Shown here one piece after another: positions 9,069 to 18,729 of a DNA stretch of 64,000 nucleotides (position 1 is the first letter of the stretch; the number at the start of each line of letters is the position of its first letter). The translations under genes and the position numbers were made by a program. Source of the stretch: Candidatus Woesebacteria bacterium (GTDB lineage Bacteria > Patescibacteriota > Microgenomatia > UBA8517); the NCBI GenBank assembly GCA_020060565.1, contig JAGVAE010000001.1:2671-66670 (forward strand), read 5' to 3'. The notes below the pieces were generated by a model. The model was not told the DNA's origin. It ran no database searches and saw only the letters and a list, made by a program, of their open reading frames with translations.

Positions 9069-9644
9069 ATGAAAAATCTTACCTTTAGCTTATATTCCCT
9101 TCCAAACACTGTTTTTACCACCCGTGAGATCGCCTTGATTCTTAGATGGGATGATCTAGATAAGATTAAGTCAAAGATCAATTATTATGTCAAAAAAGGT
9201 GTACTTAAAAAACTTAGAAGAGGACTTTTCGCAAAGAGTAATGGCTACGAGATTCTAGAAGCATCCAATAAGATCTTTACACCCTCTTATATAAGTCTGG
9301 AAACTGTATTACAAAAAGAGGGTGTAACCTTTCAAAATTATGACAGAACCATTTTTGTAATCAGTTATCAAACAAGGGAAATTGTTTTGGACGGGTTTAC
9401 AATTGTTTTTAAGAAAATTAAAGATGAAATACTAACCAATCTAGAAGGAATTAACACAGAAAACGGTTATTCGATTGCGGGTAAGGAGAGAGCATTTTTA
9501 GATGCCTTATATTTGTATAAAGATTATTATTTTGATAATTTAGATAATATAGATTTCGAAAAAGCGGAAAAAATTTTGCCAATTTACAATAGCAGAGCTG
9601 TTGAGGCAAGATTTAAAAAATATGTTAAATATCGCTTCTCATAA
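9069..9644 (+). CDS. AbiEi-type antitoxin (type IV TA, winged-helix transcriptional regulator)
   Basis: N-terminal wHTH resembling the AbiEi_4 domain (FTTREIALIL...YYVKKGVLKKLRRGLF). Immediately upstream of, and slightly overlapping, a nucleotidyltransferase toxin gene. Confidence 0.65.
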   Translation: MKNLTFSLYSLPNTVFTTREIALILRWDDLDKIKSKINYYVKKGVLKKLRRGLFAKSNGYEILEASNKIFTPSYISLETVLQKEGVTFQNYDRTIFVISYQTREIVLDGFTIVFKKIKDEILTNLEGINTENGYSIAGKERAFLDALYLYKDYYFDNLDNIDFEKAEKILPIYNSRAVEARFKKYVKYRFS

Positions 9645-10305
9645 ATTGGTAATGATAGATGTTCTTAAGGGAATTTATTCCGATATTTCTATCGGGTCGT
9701 TTATTGGATTTAAAGGAGATACGGCACTTTACCTCTTTTACAAACTACCTCGTTTCAGTGTCGACCTGGATTTTGATCTTCTTGACGAATCAAAGAAGGA
9801 AACTGTTTTTTCTAGAGTTTCCGAAATCTCTGAGAACATAGGTGAGCTTAGAGAAGGTAGGGAAAAATATTTCACACTCTTTTGGTTGATCAGTTACGAA
9901 AAAGGTAGAAGGCAGTTAAAAATTGAGATGTCAAAAAGAAATTTAGGATCATCCTATGAAGTAAAAAGCTACCTAGGACTTCCTGTTTTGATAATGAAGA
10001 AAGAGGATATGTTCGCAAACAAGTTAACAGCACTTTTGGGTAGAAAAGTACTTGTTAACCGTGATATTTTTGATATTTGGTTTATGGCTAAAAACAACTG
10101 GGATATTAATTCAGAGCTTTTGGAAAAAAGGACAAATATGCAACCGAAAAAGTATTTGCAAAAATGTATTGACCGTTTGGAAAAAGACCCTCCCAAAAGT
10201 ATTCTTAACGGATTGGGAGATCTACTGGATAACAAAACAAAAGACTGGGTGAAGAAGAATTTGATTAAAGATACCATCTTTTACCTAAAACTTCTGAGTG
10301 AGTAA
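9601..10305 (+). CDS. AbiEii/AbiGii-family nucleotidyltransferase toxin
   Basis: GFKGDTALYL...RFSVDLDFDL, the characteristic GGTAL / RxSxDLDF NTase motif of DUF1814/AbiEii. The real start is probably an internal Met near 9622. Confidence 0.7.
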   Translation: MRQDLKNMLNIASHKLVMIDVLKGIYSDISIGSFIGFKGDTALYLFYKLPRFSVDLDFDLLDESKKETVFSRVSEISENIGELREGREKYFTLFWLISYEKGRRQLKIEMSKRNLGSSYEVKSYLGLPVLIMKKEDMFANKLTALLGRKVLVNRDIFDIWFMAKNNWDINSELLEKRTNMQPKKYLQKCIDRLEKDPPKSILNGLGDLLDNKTKDWVKKNLIKDTIFYLKLLSE

Positions 10306-10433
10306 CTATATTCCTCATGCAAAAAGTTTGCTTCAATAGTTTTCACACTGTATGATCAGAAGCAACTAAAAAGTAAGAAGTAAAAAGTAAAACTGTTTTT
10401 CACTTATCACTTTTCGCTTTTAGCTCATCGTAT

Positions 10434-11525
10434 ATGGACGAAACGTTTCAAACACTTATAGAAATTTGGGAAGATATCAAAACTTTCTTTTTTGAATTAA
10501 CTAAATTTATTCTTAAATCTCTTCATTTGAGTTTTATTAAAGTTGAAGAAAGAAAGGGGATTGTGGTCAATGCACTTTATCGCCAAAGGGGAAAACTTTC
10601 CCAACGTCTAACCCATACAGGAATGGGGGCTTTAGCAGTACTGGGGGTTATGATTGCTCCTATTATTTCTCAAGAATTTCCAGGTACCAGTGTTAATCCT
10701 TGGCAAGTAACAAGTGCTCCTGCAGTTCTTTCCGCTTCAACCCAAGACCCAGGTCTTGATACAGAGATATCTAGTAAAGTAAGGGATAATATCATTAACT
10801 ATACTGTCTTGGATGGTGATACTGTTTCTTCTATTGCTGATAAATTTGGAGTATCTGCTGACTCGATTCGTTGGCAGAATAGCTTATCTGGGGACAAAAT
10901 AAAAGTAGGTCAGACTATTGAAATCTTACCCGTTACAGGTATTGCTCATAAAGTACAAAAAGGGGATACGGTTTATTCAATTGCTAAAAAGTACGACGCA
11001 GAAGCTCAGGCTATAGTTAACTTTCCTTTTAATACATTTGCAAACGATGAAACTTTTGAGCTTGCAATAGGGCAAACTGTAATAGTTCCTGATGGTGTTA
11101 TGCCAAAGGCGGCAGTTACACCTCGTATACGTCAAATTACCCCTTCTGCAGGTACTGTAGTGGCTTCAGGACAATTTGTATGGCCTACACAGGGAACAAT
11201 CTCTCAGAGATATTCTTGGTATCATCCTGGTATTGATATTGCCAATAATGCAGGCCCAACCGTGGTTGCGGCAGATTCGGGAAGAGTAGAGTATGCAGGT
11301 TGGGATGGATCAGGATATGGCAATATGGTTCTTATCGATCATGGTAATGGATTTAAGACCAGATACGGCCATTTAAGCCAAGTAATGGTAGTTTCGGGTC
11401 AAACTGTGGCTCGTGGAAATGCAGTTGGGAAAATGGGCTCCACTGGGCGTTCAACAGGAATCCACCTTCACTTTGAGATATATAAAGGTGGAACACGACC
11501 AAATCCACTTTTGTATTTGAAGTGA
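10434..11525 (+). CDS. LysM-domain M23 family metallopeptidase
   Basis: N-terminal TM, two LysM repeats (YTVLDGDTVSSIADKFGVS / HKVQKGDTVYSIAKKYD), then an M23 domain with HPGIDIA..., GYGNMVLIDHGNGFKTRYGHL and GSTGRSTGIHLHFEI motifs. Confidence 0.85.
   Translation: MDETFQTLIEIWEDIKTFFFELTKFILKSLHLSFIKVEERKGIVVNALYRQRGKLSQRLTHTGMGALAVLGVMIAPIISQEFPGTSVNPWQVTSAPAVLSASTQDPGLDTEISSKVRDNIINYTVLDGDTVSSIADKFGVSADSIRWQNSLSGDKIKVGQTIEILPVTGIAHKVQKGDTVYSIAKKYDAEAQAIVNFPFNTFANDETFELAIGQTVIVPDGVMPKAAVTPRIRQITPSAGTVVASGQFVWPTQGTISQRYSWYHPGIDIANNAGPTVVAADSGRVEYAGWDGSGYGNMVLIDHGNGFKTRYGHLSQVMVVSGQTVARGNAVGKMGSTGRSTGIHLHFEIYKGGTRPNPLLYLK
11482..11525 (+). repeat. direct repeat copy 1 (3' end of the M23 peptidase gene)
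   Basis: ataaaggtggaacacgaccaaatccacttttgtatttgaagtga. The 24-nt core caaatccacttttgtatttgaagt is identical to the copy at 12761-12804. Confidence 0.75.
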
Positions 11526-11531
11526 GAAATA

Positions 11532-12746
11532 TTAAATAATTGACCCTCCCCAAATGTAATTATCGAATTTTGGGGACAAGTTTCTACCAATTAGTTGGAT
11601 ACTTTTGACATTTGCAATAGATGCAATCTTCTTTAGATTTGAAAGGTCGTCACTTGTTGGTGTTTCTTTTGCTTCTGCGGCAAGTTTCCCATCTATAATA
11701 AAGTCTATCTCATTACCATTTTTAAGCGAATAATATTGAATTTGATTATTTCTTACCAACTGGTTATAAAGACTGTTCTCAAATTGAGAACCACTATTTA
11801 GATCAGTCAAAATATTCGCGATTCCTGTATCGCAAAAATAAAGTTTTCTGGATTTGACTATCTCGCGGCCGATATTTTTTGTAAAGACTCCGATGGTACT
11901 AATAAGATAGGTTTTTTCAAAAAAAGAAATATAATTTGCAACTGTCGGTCTGGATAACCCTGTAAGTCTTGACATTTTTGAATATTCGATTCTACTACCG
12001 ACCCTGGAGGCTAAAAGTTTTGCCAGATTATATAAATTTCTTTCGTCACTGAAATCAGCCAAGCTTTTTATGTCTATACTTACATAAGAGGAGAAAATAT
12101 CTTTTAAGTTGTCAATTTTTTCTTTCTCATTTTCCAGTAAAACTACTTGGGGGAACCCACCGAAGCGTATATATTCATTATAATAGGATGAGAGTCTACT
12201 ATATTCTAGTTTATCGAAAGTGCCATGTTTCCATTGAGAATCTGTAAAATTAACATTTTTAAAAGTTAAAAATTCACCAAAATCAAGCGGGTATAACTCA
12301 AAGATTTTTTTCCTGCCTGAAAGGGATTCAGAAAAAAGATTTTTTAGATAATATGAACTTGATCCTGTAACAATAAATTTAATTCCATAATGATCGTAAA
12401 GATATTTGATAGCACTTGGTGAATCTGGGGCGAGCTGAATTTCATCTATTGCAACAATCATATTTTCAGGCGATAGATTTTGTGAGATTAAATTGTTTCT
12501 GATCGCTTCATAGTTTTTCTCCTCAAATAACTCTCGGATATCTAGCCGTTGAAAGTCCAAATAAATTGAGTTTTTGTTAGGTAGATCGGACAAGAGCTGT
12601 TTAACTAGTGTGGTCTTTCCTGTTCTTCTCATGCCTGTCAATACCGTTACTTGTGGGGTTTTAGCATGGGAGAGGAGTTCTGGGTATATTTTTCGGGGAT
12701 ATATCATTGCAATTGATAGTTTACAAAAAGTATTACTTTTTGTCAA
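11532..12746 (-). CDS. AAA-family ATPase (AAA_14 + DUF4143 type)
   Basis: Walker A GMRRTGKTTL, Walker B IVAIDEIQ, and a C-terminal region typical of DUF4143 orphan ATPases. The ORF-track start is a TTG; the probable real start is the ATG at about 12708 (MIYPRK). Confidence 0.75.
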   Translation of the reverse strand: MTKSNTFCKLSIAMIYPRKIYPELLSHAKTPQVTVLTGMRRTGKTTLVKQLLSDLPNKNSIYLDFQRLDIRELFEEKNYEAIRNNLISQNLSPENMIVAIDEIQLAPDSPSAIKYLYDHYGIKFIVTGSSSYYLKNLFSESLSGRKKIFELYPLDFGEFLTFKNVNFTDSQWKHGTFDKLEYSRLSSYYNEYIRFGGFPQVVLLENEKEKIDNLKDIFSSYVSIDIKSLADFSDERNLYNLAKLLASRVGSRIEYSKMSRLTGLSRPTVANYISFFEKTYLISTIGVFTKNIGREIVKSRKLYFCDTGIANILTDLNSGSQFENSLYNQLVRNNQIQYYSLKNGNEIDFIIDGKLAAEAKETPTSDDLSNLKKIASIANVKSIQLIGRNLSPKFDNYIWGGSII

Positions 12747-12760
12747 GTCGCGTATCCATT

Positions 12761-12804
12761 ATAAAGGAGGGTCACGCCCAAATCCACTTTTGTATTTGAA
12801 GTAG
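12761..12804 (+). pseudogene. direct repeat copy 2, a duplicated remnant of the M23 peptidase C-terminus (..YKGGSRPNPLLYLK*)
   Basis: Differs from the YKGGTRPNPLLYLK* end of the intact gene at 11525 only in its first 14 nt. It terminates the spurious ORF 12574-12804. Confidence 0.6.
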
Positions 12805-12816
12805 GTATTATTAAAG

Positions 12817-15800
12817 CTAATTAGTTTCTGGAGTGAACTTTTCTGGGGAACCACCATTCGCAATATAGTCTAAAAATTTATATCTTTCGGGGCTGTTTTT
12901 TTCTAGAAATTCTGGAGCAGTCAAATAAAGAGCCATAGAGTCTGCTAAATCTTCCCAGGCTGCTCTCGTTAAATTAACTGATTTATCATAACTTTGTGCA
13001 TAGGGAGTGGGGGGCTTCTCGTTTAGAAGTTGATCATTTCTTCCATTGTAAAAGTAATTTATAAATGATGCTGGTAGGCTTCCGTTCACATATTTTCCAT
13101 TCTTATCAGTTTCATATTTAAGGGTATGAACAAACTCATGCACTAAAGAGGCTAATGGAACATCTTCCTTTTTTAGATATGAATCTAAACCTGGAACTCT
13201 CAAAAGATGACTTTGATAGAGGTAGTTATTATTAAAAGTAATACTAGTCTCAAGAGTTGACCCCTTGTTTGTGAGATCGTTGCCTGTTAAGCCGTAGTAA
13301 CCCTGACCCAAGTCATTTTCTCCGACTTTAATAATTTTGATTTTATTGCTCAAAAGTTGAGAAAAAGGGGCGAGATTGGTTAATGCTTTGGAGTAATTTG
13401 TTTTATCATTGGGACTAAGGCCGTATCCAGAGAGTTCTAGAGTTACGGTTTTATCTGCTTCTTTTTTCTTTGAATATACAACTTCAATTTTACTATCATT
13501 GATTGTTTTAATTTTTGAAGAAACAGTGTTTTTTGAGTTCTCAACAGAGAGGTTATTATTTTTAATCATTTGATTATTGGTAATTGTGTTTACAATTGAT
13601 TCAGCAATTATATCTGCACCATATTTGTTTGGATGAACACCGTCTTTACCAACACTTTTAGAAAGGTCATACCGACTCGCATACGAACTCCCCATAATTA
13701 CAGGTGAATCTGAAGTTGATATCTGTGAAGCTAACTCCGCGAATTTATTATTCAACTTTTCAGCATCCTCTGTATAGGGTAGACCTTTGTAAGAAAATTT
13801 CGGAACAGAAGTAATAACAACTTTTATATTAGGATTAACATTGTCACGAAGGTAATTAATAATATACTGCATATTAGGGATTATTTTGGTATCTATATCA
13901 TTTTTGTTAACCAAATCATTTATTCCAAACTGTAATACGACCAGATTAACATTTTTATCAAATTCTACTTTTTGTGGGTTTTTATCATAAAGCCACTCTT
14001 TAGCTTTTAATGCATTAACAATCGCGGCTGTAGAATATCCTGTATGACCTTCGGTTATTGTTCCTGCGGTAACTGATTTTTGGTTTCCTAAAAACTCTAT
14101 GTCATAGCCTGCTGCTTTAAGCTGTTCATACAGTGAATCAGATAGATAGCCTTGAGTTAGGGAATCTCCCAATATTAATACATTTGTTTTTGAGAAAGTA
14201 GGTTCCTCTTTCTTTGGTAGTTCTGGAACGGCTTCAGAAAATTGTTGTTGTTTTGAAGTCTCAACCGACGCTTCCCCTTTTTGTATTCTCTGGTTAGAAT
14301 CTTTTATCTTTTCATTCTGATCTTTATCAACGGATACAGGAAGTTTATCTGATGGGGCAGGGAAGATGGATTTAATCTGGTCAATTACTCCTTGCCATAG
14401 ATTTACAGAAAAGTCTATTGCTTTTGGAATTTCATTAGCTGTATTTTGTAAAATAGTTCTTCCCAAAATTGTTCCTCCCACTATATTGACAGCTGCCCCT
14501 ACGGCCAATTTACCATTACTTGTACCAAGGAAAGTTTTAAGATTGTCTGAAACCGTCGGTTTGACCTCAATTGGGACAGTTTTGGTATCAGCTTCAGAGA
14601 CAGATGTTTCTAGTGTTTTCGGAAATGTTGCAGATGGCTCGTCTGAAACTAATTTTTCAGGGAAAAGAGCCTTTGCTTCATCTAAGTTTATCTCTCGATA
14701 TGCAAACCGAGCTTTTGGTACACCATCGAGAGGATAGGATTCCAAACCAGGTATATACAAATATGGCTCTGATATTTTTTCACCAAAAGTGTTGGTGTAT
14801 ATTTGTTGTGCTGGTACTCTTATTTCGGTCATTGCATAAGGTCGAACCTCATAAATGTTTTGAATTTTTTCTATGGGAATTAGGTCTCTAACAATTACAT
14901 CTCCCAAAAAATCAATTTCAGGATTTGATGGTTTTTTAATTGATATGATATAAGAGGGTCTTTCAAATGTGGCCATAGCAAAATAACCCTCACCCTCAGC
15001 TGCATAACCTAAGGCGCGTTCGCTGTTTTGACTAAAATATATACTATCAGTATACCCAACACTTTTCATAATTGGTCCAGATTCAAGTATGTTGTTTTGA
15101 AGTATGGATTGCATTCCTTCAAAATTAATTCCCCTAAAGATAAGTTCTTCTCCATCAATTGTCGAAGGAATGTTTGAATCACCGAGAACGTGGCCATACA
15201 CATCACTAACCAGCGGTTTATATCCAGAGTCTGCAAGGAACTGAATTTCTCCATTTTCTACAACAGATAGTGAGCGATCGTAAAAAAACTCGCCGTTTTT
15301 GAGAATGTTGGAATTTGTTTCAGGGGTCAAAACTATCCTTTTTGTTTCATTATTCCATTTGCCGTTCCAATGGGATGCATAACGTTCAAGATGTTCTCCC
15401 ATATCAAAAACATCACCCATCTTTCCGCCCTTGAGATTTTTTATAGGTAAATCATTAATCCAAGTTTTTTCATTGGTCATCTGGGGTGGTGCAACTGCTA
15501 GATAGGGTTCATCTGGAGCTACTAATGTTCCCACCTCTTCGTGTATTGGAACTACCGGGGTAGTGGGATTTTCTGTTCTTAATTTTGGCAGCCATCCTCG
15601 TTTATCTTTAATATTTTCATTCCACCAACCTTTAGTATTGATTACTGCGGGGGATTGGGTAATGTTTTGTGTGGTTTCTGTTAGTTTATTCCAAGTACTG
15701 GTAAAAATGTTTTGATTTTGAAGGGGAACTATGCCATTTGTATTTCTATTGATTGGTTTGCCTGTATTGATGTTAAATTTACCTTTTTCGTCTTTGAATA

Positions 15801-18729
15801 TAGTGACTATTGGAGTATCACGACGAGTGTTTGTATCAGAACTTAATATACTATCATTATAAGTAATTCGTAAATTATCCTCCAAAACAATATTATTTGC
15901 TTTTACCCAAGCATTATTTTCTTTATCGAAGTAGTAAATGGGACTGTCGTTAGTTCTTTGCAAAACATAAGTTCCATCAGTGGTTTGGCCAACAATTAGT
16001 CCTTCAGCTTCTTCTGCTTTCTCAAGAATATTTTTACCATTAACTTTATGTACCTTTTTTAGTGGAACTTTAGGGGTGGTGTCAGTGGCTACCCTTGCGT
16101 TTTCTAGATAATAACTAAATGATGGCACCCCTATTGAATGGTTTCCATTATAAAATATACTTACAGTGTTATCAGCTTGAATTTTACTTCCAGCTTGAAT
16201 TTTTACAGATTGACCTGGAGCGCACGACCTTCCATCAATTATTATTGTTCTTCCTGTTGTATTTTCAACACTTACTCCATCTCTAGATTTGGTGACTTTA
16301 ACCAACTGAGGATCTGACAAAGATGATTCATGTATTCTAAATTGGCTGTCTGGAGAATTTCCCAAACTATATGTTGTTGTATCAGTCCCTATTTTTCCAG
16401 GTATACCTGGTCGGTTGGGTTCAAGGGTGACTGGCACCATTGAATCTGTGGCTTTTGAAGGTTCAAAGGTAAGATCTGAGGACTTTAATTGGATAGGTTG
16501 GGGATTAGTTGGTTCTTGTGAAACCTTAGGCTTTCCAAGATTATCTACAAAACCCACAATCCTTGCCTGTGCATTCTGAGCAGTTTCTTTTGACTTATCC
16601 CAAGCTTGAGCAAGTGGGGAAGGGAAAGTTGCTGGAATCTCTTTAGGTGCAAAAAGCATATCAGATTTATTTGTAATTTTTATGGGTGCATAGGGTACAA
16701 GTTGGCTTTCATCAGGCATGACTGGACGGGGATTTGATGCAGCTGCTGCCAATGGGTCGGATGGGTGTATCTCTGGGATTCCCTTTGATATAGATGGAAT
16801 ATCAACTTCAGATATCTTACGGAGAGGATTTCCTATTGATAATTGTCCTTGTTTATAATCTATAACCCCAAAACCAGCATCAGCAACCACTGCAACAATT
16901 GAACCTGCGCAATCTAAAACTGATCTTCCTTCTTGAGTGCAGGTGGTAATGGCTGTTGGAATATCAACGACTAAGTTTATACCTGATACTCCAGTATTTA
17001 AACTTCGTGCTAAATTAAGTGATTGAACAGTGGAGGCGGTATTGGAAAATGTTTTTATTAAATAGTTGGCTGTTCCTAAATTTGTCCAAGATAAAGCAGC
17101 AAGACCTGTTTGCTTCCAAGCCTCAAGCGAGCCAGGGTTTTCCACTTGAGCCACGGTTGCATCAACGGTCTGTTGAACGGACGATATTGCTCCCAGATGC
17201 ATAAATCCTGTTGCCACAGCACTTCCAACACTTCCCGCAGTAAAAACAGCCGGTGCAGCAAACACACCCCCCAATGCTGCGGCAGTAATCTTAAACTCAT
17301 TTGTTATTTGGGTGTTCCAATTTTTACATTCAGTACTATTTGGATTATTTTTGCAGGCTTCTGTACCTTCCAAATAAACTTGTGAGAGTTGGGGTGTAGT
17401 AAAATTTTGTCCGATTTGGTTTGTATTTCCCGGAAGGGGATTGTAGGCATTACAAACTCCTCCAAGACATATTTTCTGATCGCTCTTTGCAACTTGAGTT
17501 TCTATCAAAGGTGGGGTATTGATTTGGGGTGGTTTTTCCTGACAAATACCATTGGATGCGTATCCTGATTCACAATACGAAGCGTATTGAACACGTGTCC
17601 CGATTGGATATTTAACCATTACACTTCCTTGTTCGTTTGAAGTGATTGAAGCTGTCTGAGCTTTTGGTACTTCTTGTTTTTTGGTTGATGTCTCTCCGAC
17701 GAATTTACCCGTACTTAGGTCTAAATTTCCAGATGTTGTAACGAGATATGTTTTACCCTGAGCGGGGACTATTTGTGTTTGTGTAGATGGAATTGTAGAA
17801 ACTGTTATTCGTGTGGTCTTGTTTGTTGTTGGGTCATAGGTTGTGGTGGTTGTGTTGGTTACTTGATCTCCTCCTCCTGCAACACCCAGACTTCCATAAG
17901 TGGTTGTGACTGTGGTTGTTGGTTTTTTGTTTTCGATATCGTCTATTCTTCGTAAAGCAGCTTCATTTCTGGATTGTTGTACTTTTTGTGTTGCTTCTGC
18001 CTCAGCTGCAGCTTTATCAGCCATTTGTTTCTCATAATTGGCCTTATTTACAGTTGCTAATGATGTCTCTACATATGTATTAGGATCGTTGCCTGTTCCT
18101 GCGATTGGATAATAAATTTCGCCGATACGATAATAACCTGCGATTTCTACTCCAGGAGCGCACCCTCCTCTTGTGAGACAATCATATCCTGCTCCATTAA
18201 GAGGGGCTTCGGTGTTAACAGCATCTTGACCATGATAACCACCATTGATGGTTTTTACCTTGTTAATAGATGTTGTAGTGGAAACAGTTTTGGTATAAGT
18301 TACATTGCCTTTATGGCAGACATTGCCTTCACAAACTTCTTCACATTCTTTTTGTCCGACTCCACCACATTCATTACTACTGGAACTTTTGGCCGCTTCT
18401 GCAGCTGCTTTGTTGGCATTACTATCAATTTCTATAGCTCTTGGGTCTTCATTGGCCAGTTGGGCTCTATAACTTGCCATAGCCTCTGCATCATTTGGAA
18501 TCTGTTTGGGGGCTCCTGTCATGGGATCTGTAACTGTTATTGTTCCAGCTGCTTTTGGTGAAAAAATTTCTTTTATGTTGGGATTAATTGTTACAGATAA
18601 GATGGTTAGGGTAGAGAAGACTAAAAAGCCAATAAGCGTAATACTTAATATGTCAGCTATTCCACGCTCAAAAAACCCAACAGGTTTAGGCATTAAATAT
18701 ACTTTATTAAATCGCGTGAAAAATAGCAA
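12817..18729 (-). CDS. giant (1970 aa) membrane-anchored multidomain surface protein with an SGNH/GDSL hydrolase domain and a C-terminal HExxH motif
   Basis: N-terminal TM (ILSITLIGFLVFSTLTILSVTI), a Cys-rich segment (NECGGVGQKECEEVCEGNVCHKGN) and Thr-rich tracts. SGNH blocks: I ILGDSLT (14161-14175), II GHTGYS, III FGINDL, V DGVHPN (about 13651-13664). LVHEFVH at 13123-13140. The ORF-track start is a TTG. Confidence 0.8.
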   Translation of the reverse strand: MLFFTRFNKVYLMPKPVGFFERGIADILSITLIGFLVFSTLTILSVTINPNIKEIFSPKAAGTITVTDPMTGAPKQIPNDAEAMASYRAQLANEDPRAIEIDSNANKAAAEAAKSSSSNECGGVGQKECEEVCEGNVCHKGNVTYTKTVSTTTSINKVKTINGGYHGQDAVNTEAPLNGAGYDCLTRGGCAPGVEIAGYYRIGEIYYPIAGTGNDPNTYVETSLATVNKANYEKQMADKAAAEAEATQKVQQSRNEAALRRIDDIENKKPTTTVTTTYGSLGVAGGGDQVTNTTTTTYDPTTNKTTRITVSTIPSTQTQIVPAQGKTYLVTTSGNLDLSTGKFVGETSTKKQEVPKAQTASITSNEQGSVMVKYPIGTRVQYASYCESGYASNGICQEKPPQINTPPLIETQVAKSDQKICLGGVCNAYNPLPGNTNQIGQNFTTPQLSQVYLEGTEACKNNPNSTECKNWNTQITNEFKITAAALGGVFAAPAVFTAGSVGSAVATGFMHLGAISSVQQTVDATVAQVENPGSLEAWKQTGLAALSWTNLGTANYLIKTFSNTASTVQSLNLARSLNTGVSGINLVVDIPTAITTCTQEGRSVLDCAGSIVAVVADAGFGVIDYKQGQLSIGNPLRKISEVDIPSISKGIPEIHPSDPLAAAASNPRPVMPDESQLVPYAPIKITNKSDMLFAPKEIPATFPSPLAQAWDKSKETAQNAQARIVGFVDNLGKPKVSQEPTNPQPIQLKSSDLTFEPSKATDSMVPVTLEPNRPGIPGKIGTDTTTYSLGNSPDSQFRIHESSLSDPQLVKVTKSRDGVSVENTTGRTIIIDGRSCAPGQSVKIQAGSKIQADNTVSIFYNGNHSIGVPSFSYYLENARVATDTTPKVPLKKVHKVNGKNILEKAEEAEGLIVGQTTDGTYVLQRTNDSPIYYFDKENNAWVKANNIVLEDNLRITYNDSILSSDTNTRRDTPIVTIFKDEKGKFNINTGKPINRNTNGIVPLQNQNIFTSTWNKLTETTQNITQSPAVINTKGWWNENIKDKRGWLPKLRTENPTTPVVPIHEEVGTLVAPDEPYLAVAPPQMTNEKTWINDLPIKNLKGGKMGDVFDMGEHLERYASHWNGKWNNETKRIVLTPETNSNILKNGEFFYDRSLSVVENGEIQFLADSGYKPLVSDVYGHVLGDSNIPSTIDGEELIFRGINFEGMQSILQNNILESGPIMKSVGYTDSIYFSQNSERALGYAAEGEGYFAMATFERPSYIISIKKPSNPEIDFLGDVIVRDLIPIEKIQNIYEVRPYAMTEIRVPAQQIYTNTFGEKISEPYLYIPGLESYPLDGVPKARFAYREINLDEAKALFPEKLVSDEPSATFPKTLETSVSEADTKTVPIEVKPTVSDNLKTFLGTSNGKLAVGAAVNIVGGTILGRTILQNTANEIPKAIDFSVNLWQGVIDQIKSIFPAPSDKLPVSVDKDQNEKIKDSNQRIQKGEASVETSKQQQFSEAVPELPKKEEPTFSKTNVLILGDSLTQGYLSDSLYEQLKAAGYDIEFLGNQKSVTAGTITEGHTGYSTAAIVNALKAKEWLYDKNPQKVEFDKNVNLVVLQFGINDLVNKNDIDTKIIPNMQYIINYLRDNVNPNIKVVITSVPKFSYKGLPYTEDAEKLNNKFAELASQISTSDSPVIMGSSYASRYDLSKSVGKDGVHPNKYGADIIAESIVNTITNNQMIKNNNLSVENSKNTVSSKIKTINDSKIEVVYSKKKEADKTVTLELSGYGLSPNDKTNYSKALTNLAPFSQLLSNKIKIIKVGENDLGQGYYGLTGNDLTNKGSTLETSITFNNNYLYQSHLLRVPGLDSYLKKEDVPLASLVHEFVHTLKYETDKNGKYVNGSLPASFINYFYNGRNDQLLNEKPPTPYAQSYDKSVNLTRAAWEDLADSMALYLTAPEFLEKNSPERYKFLDYIANGGSPEKFTPETN

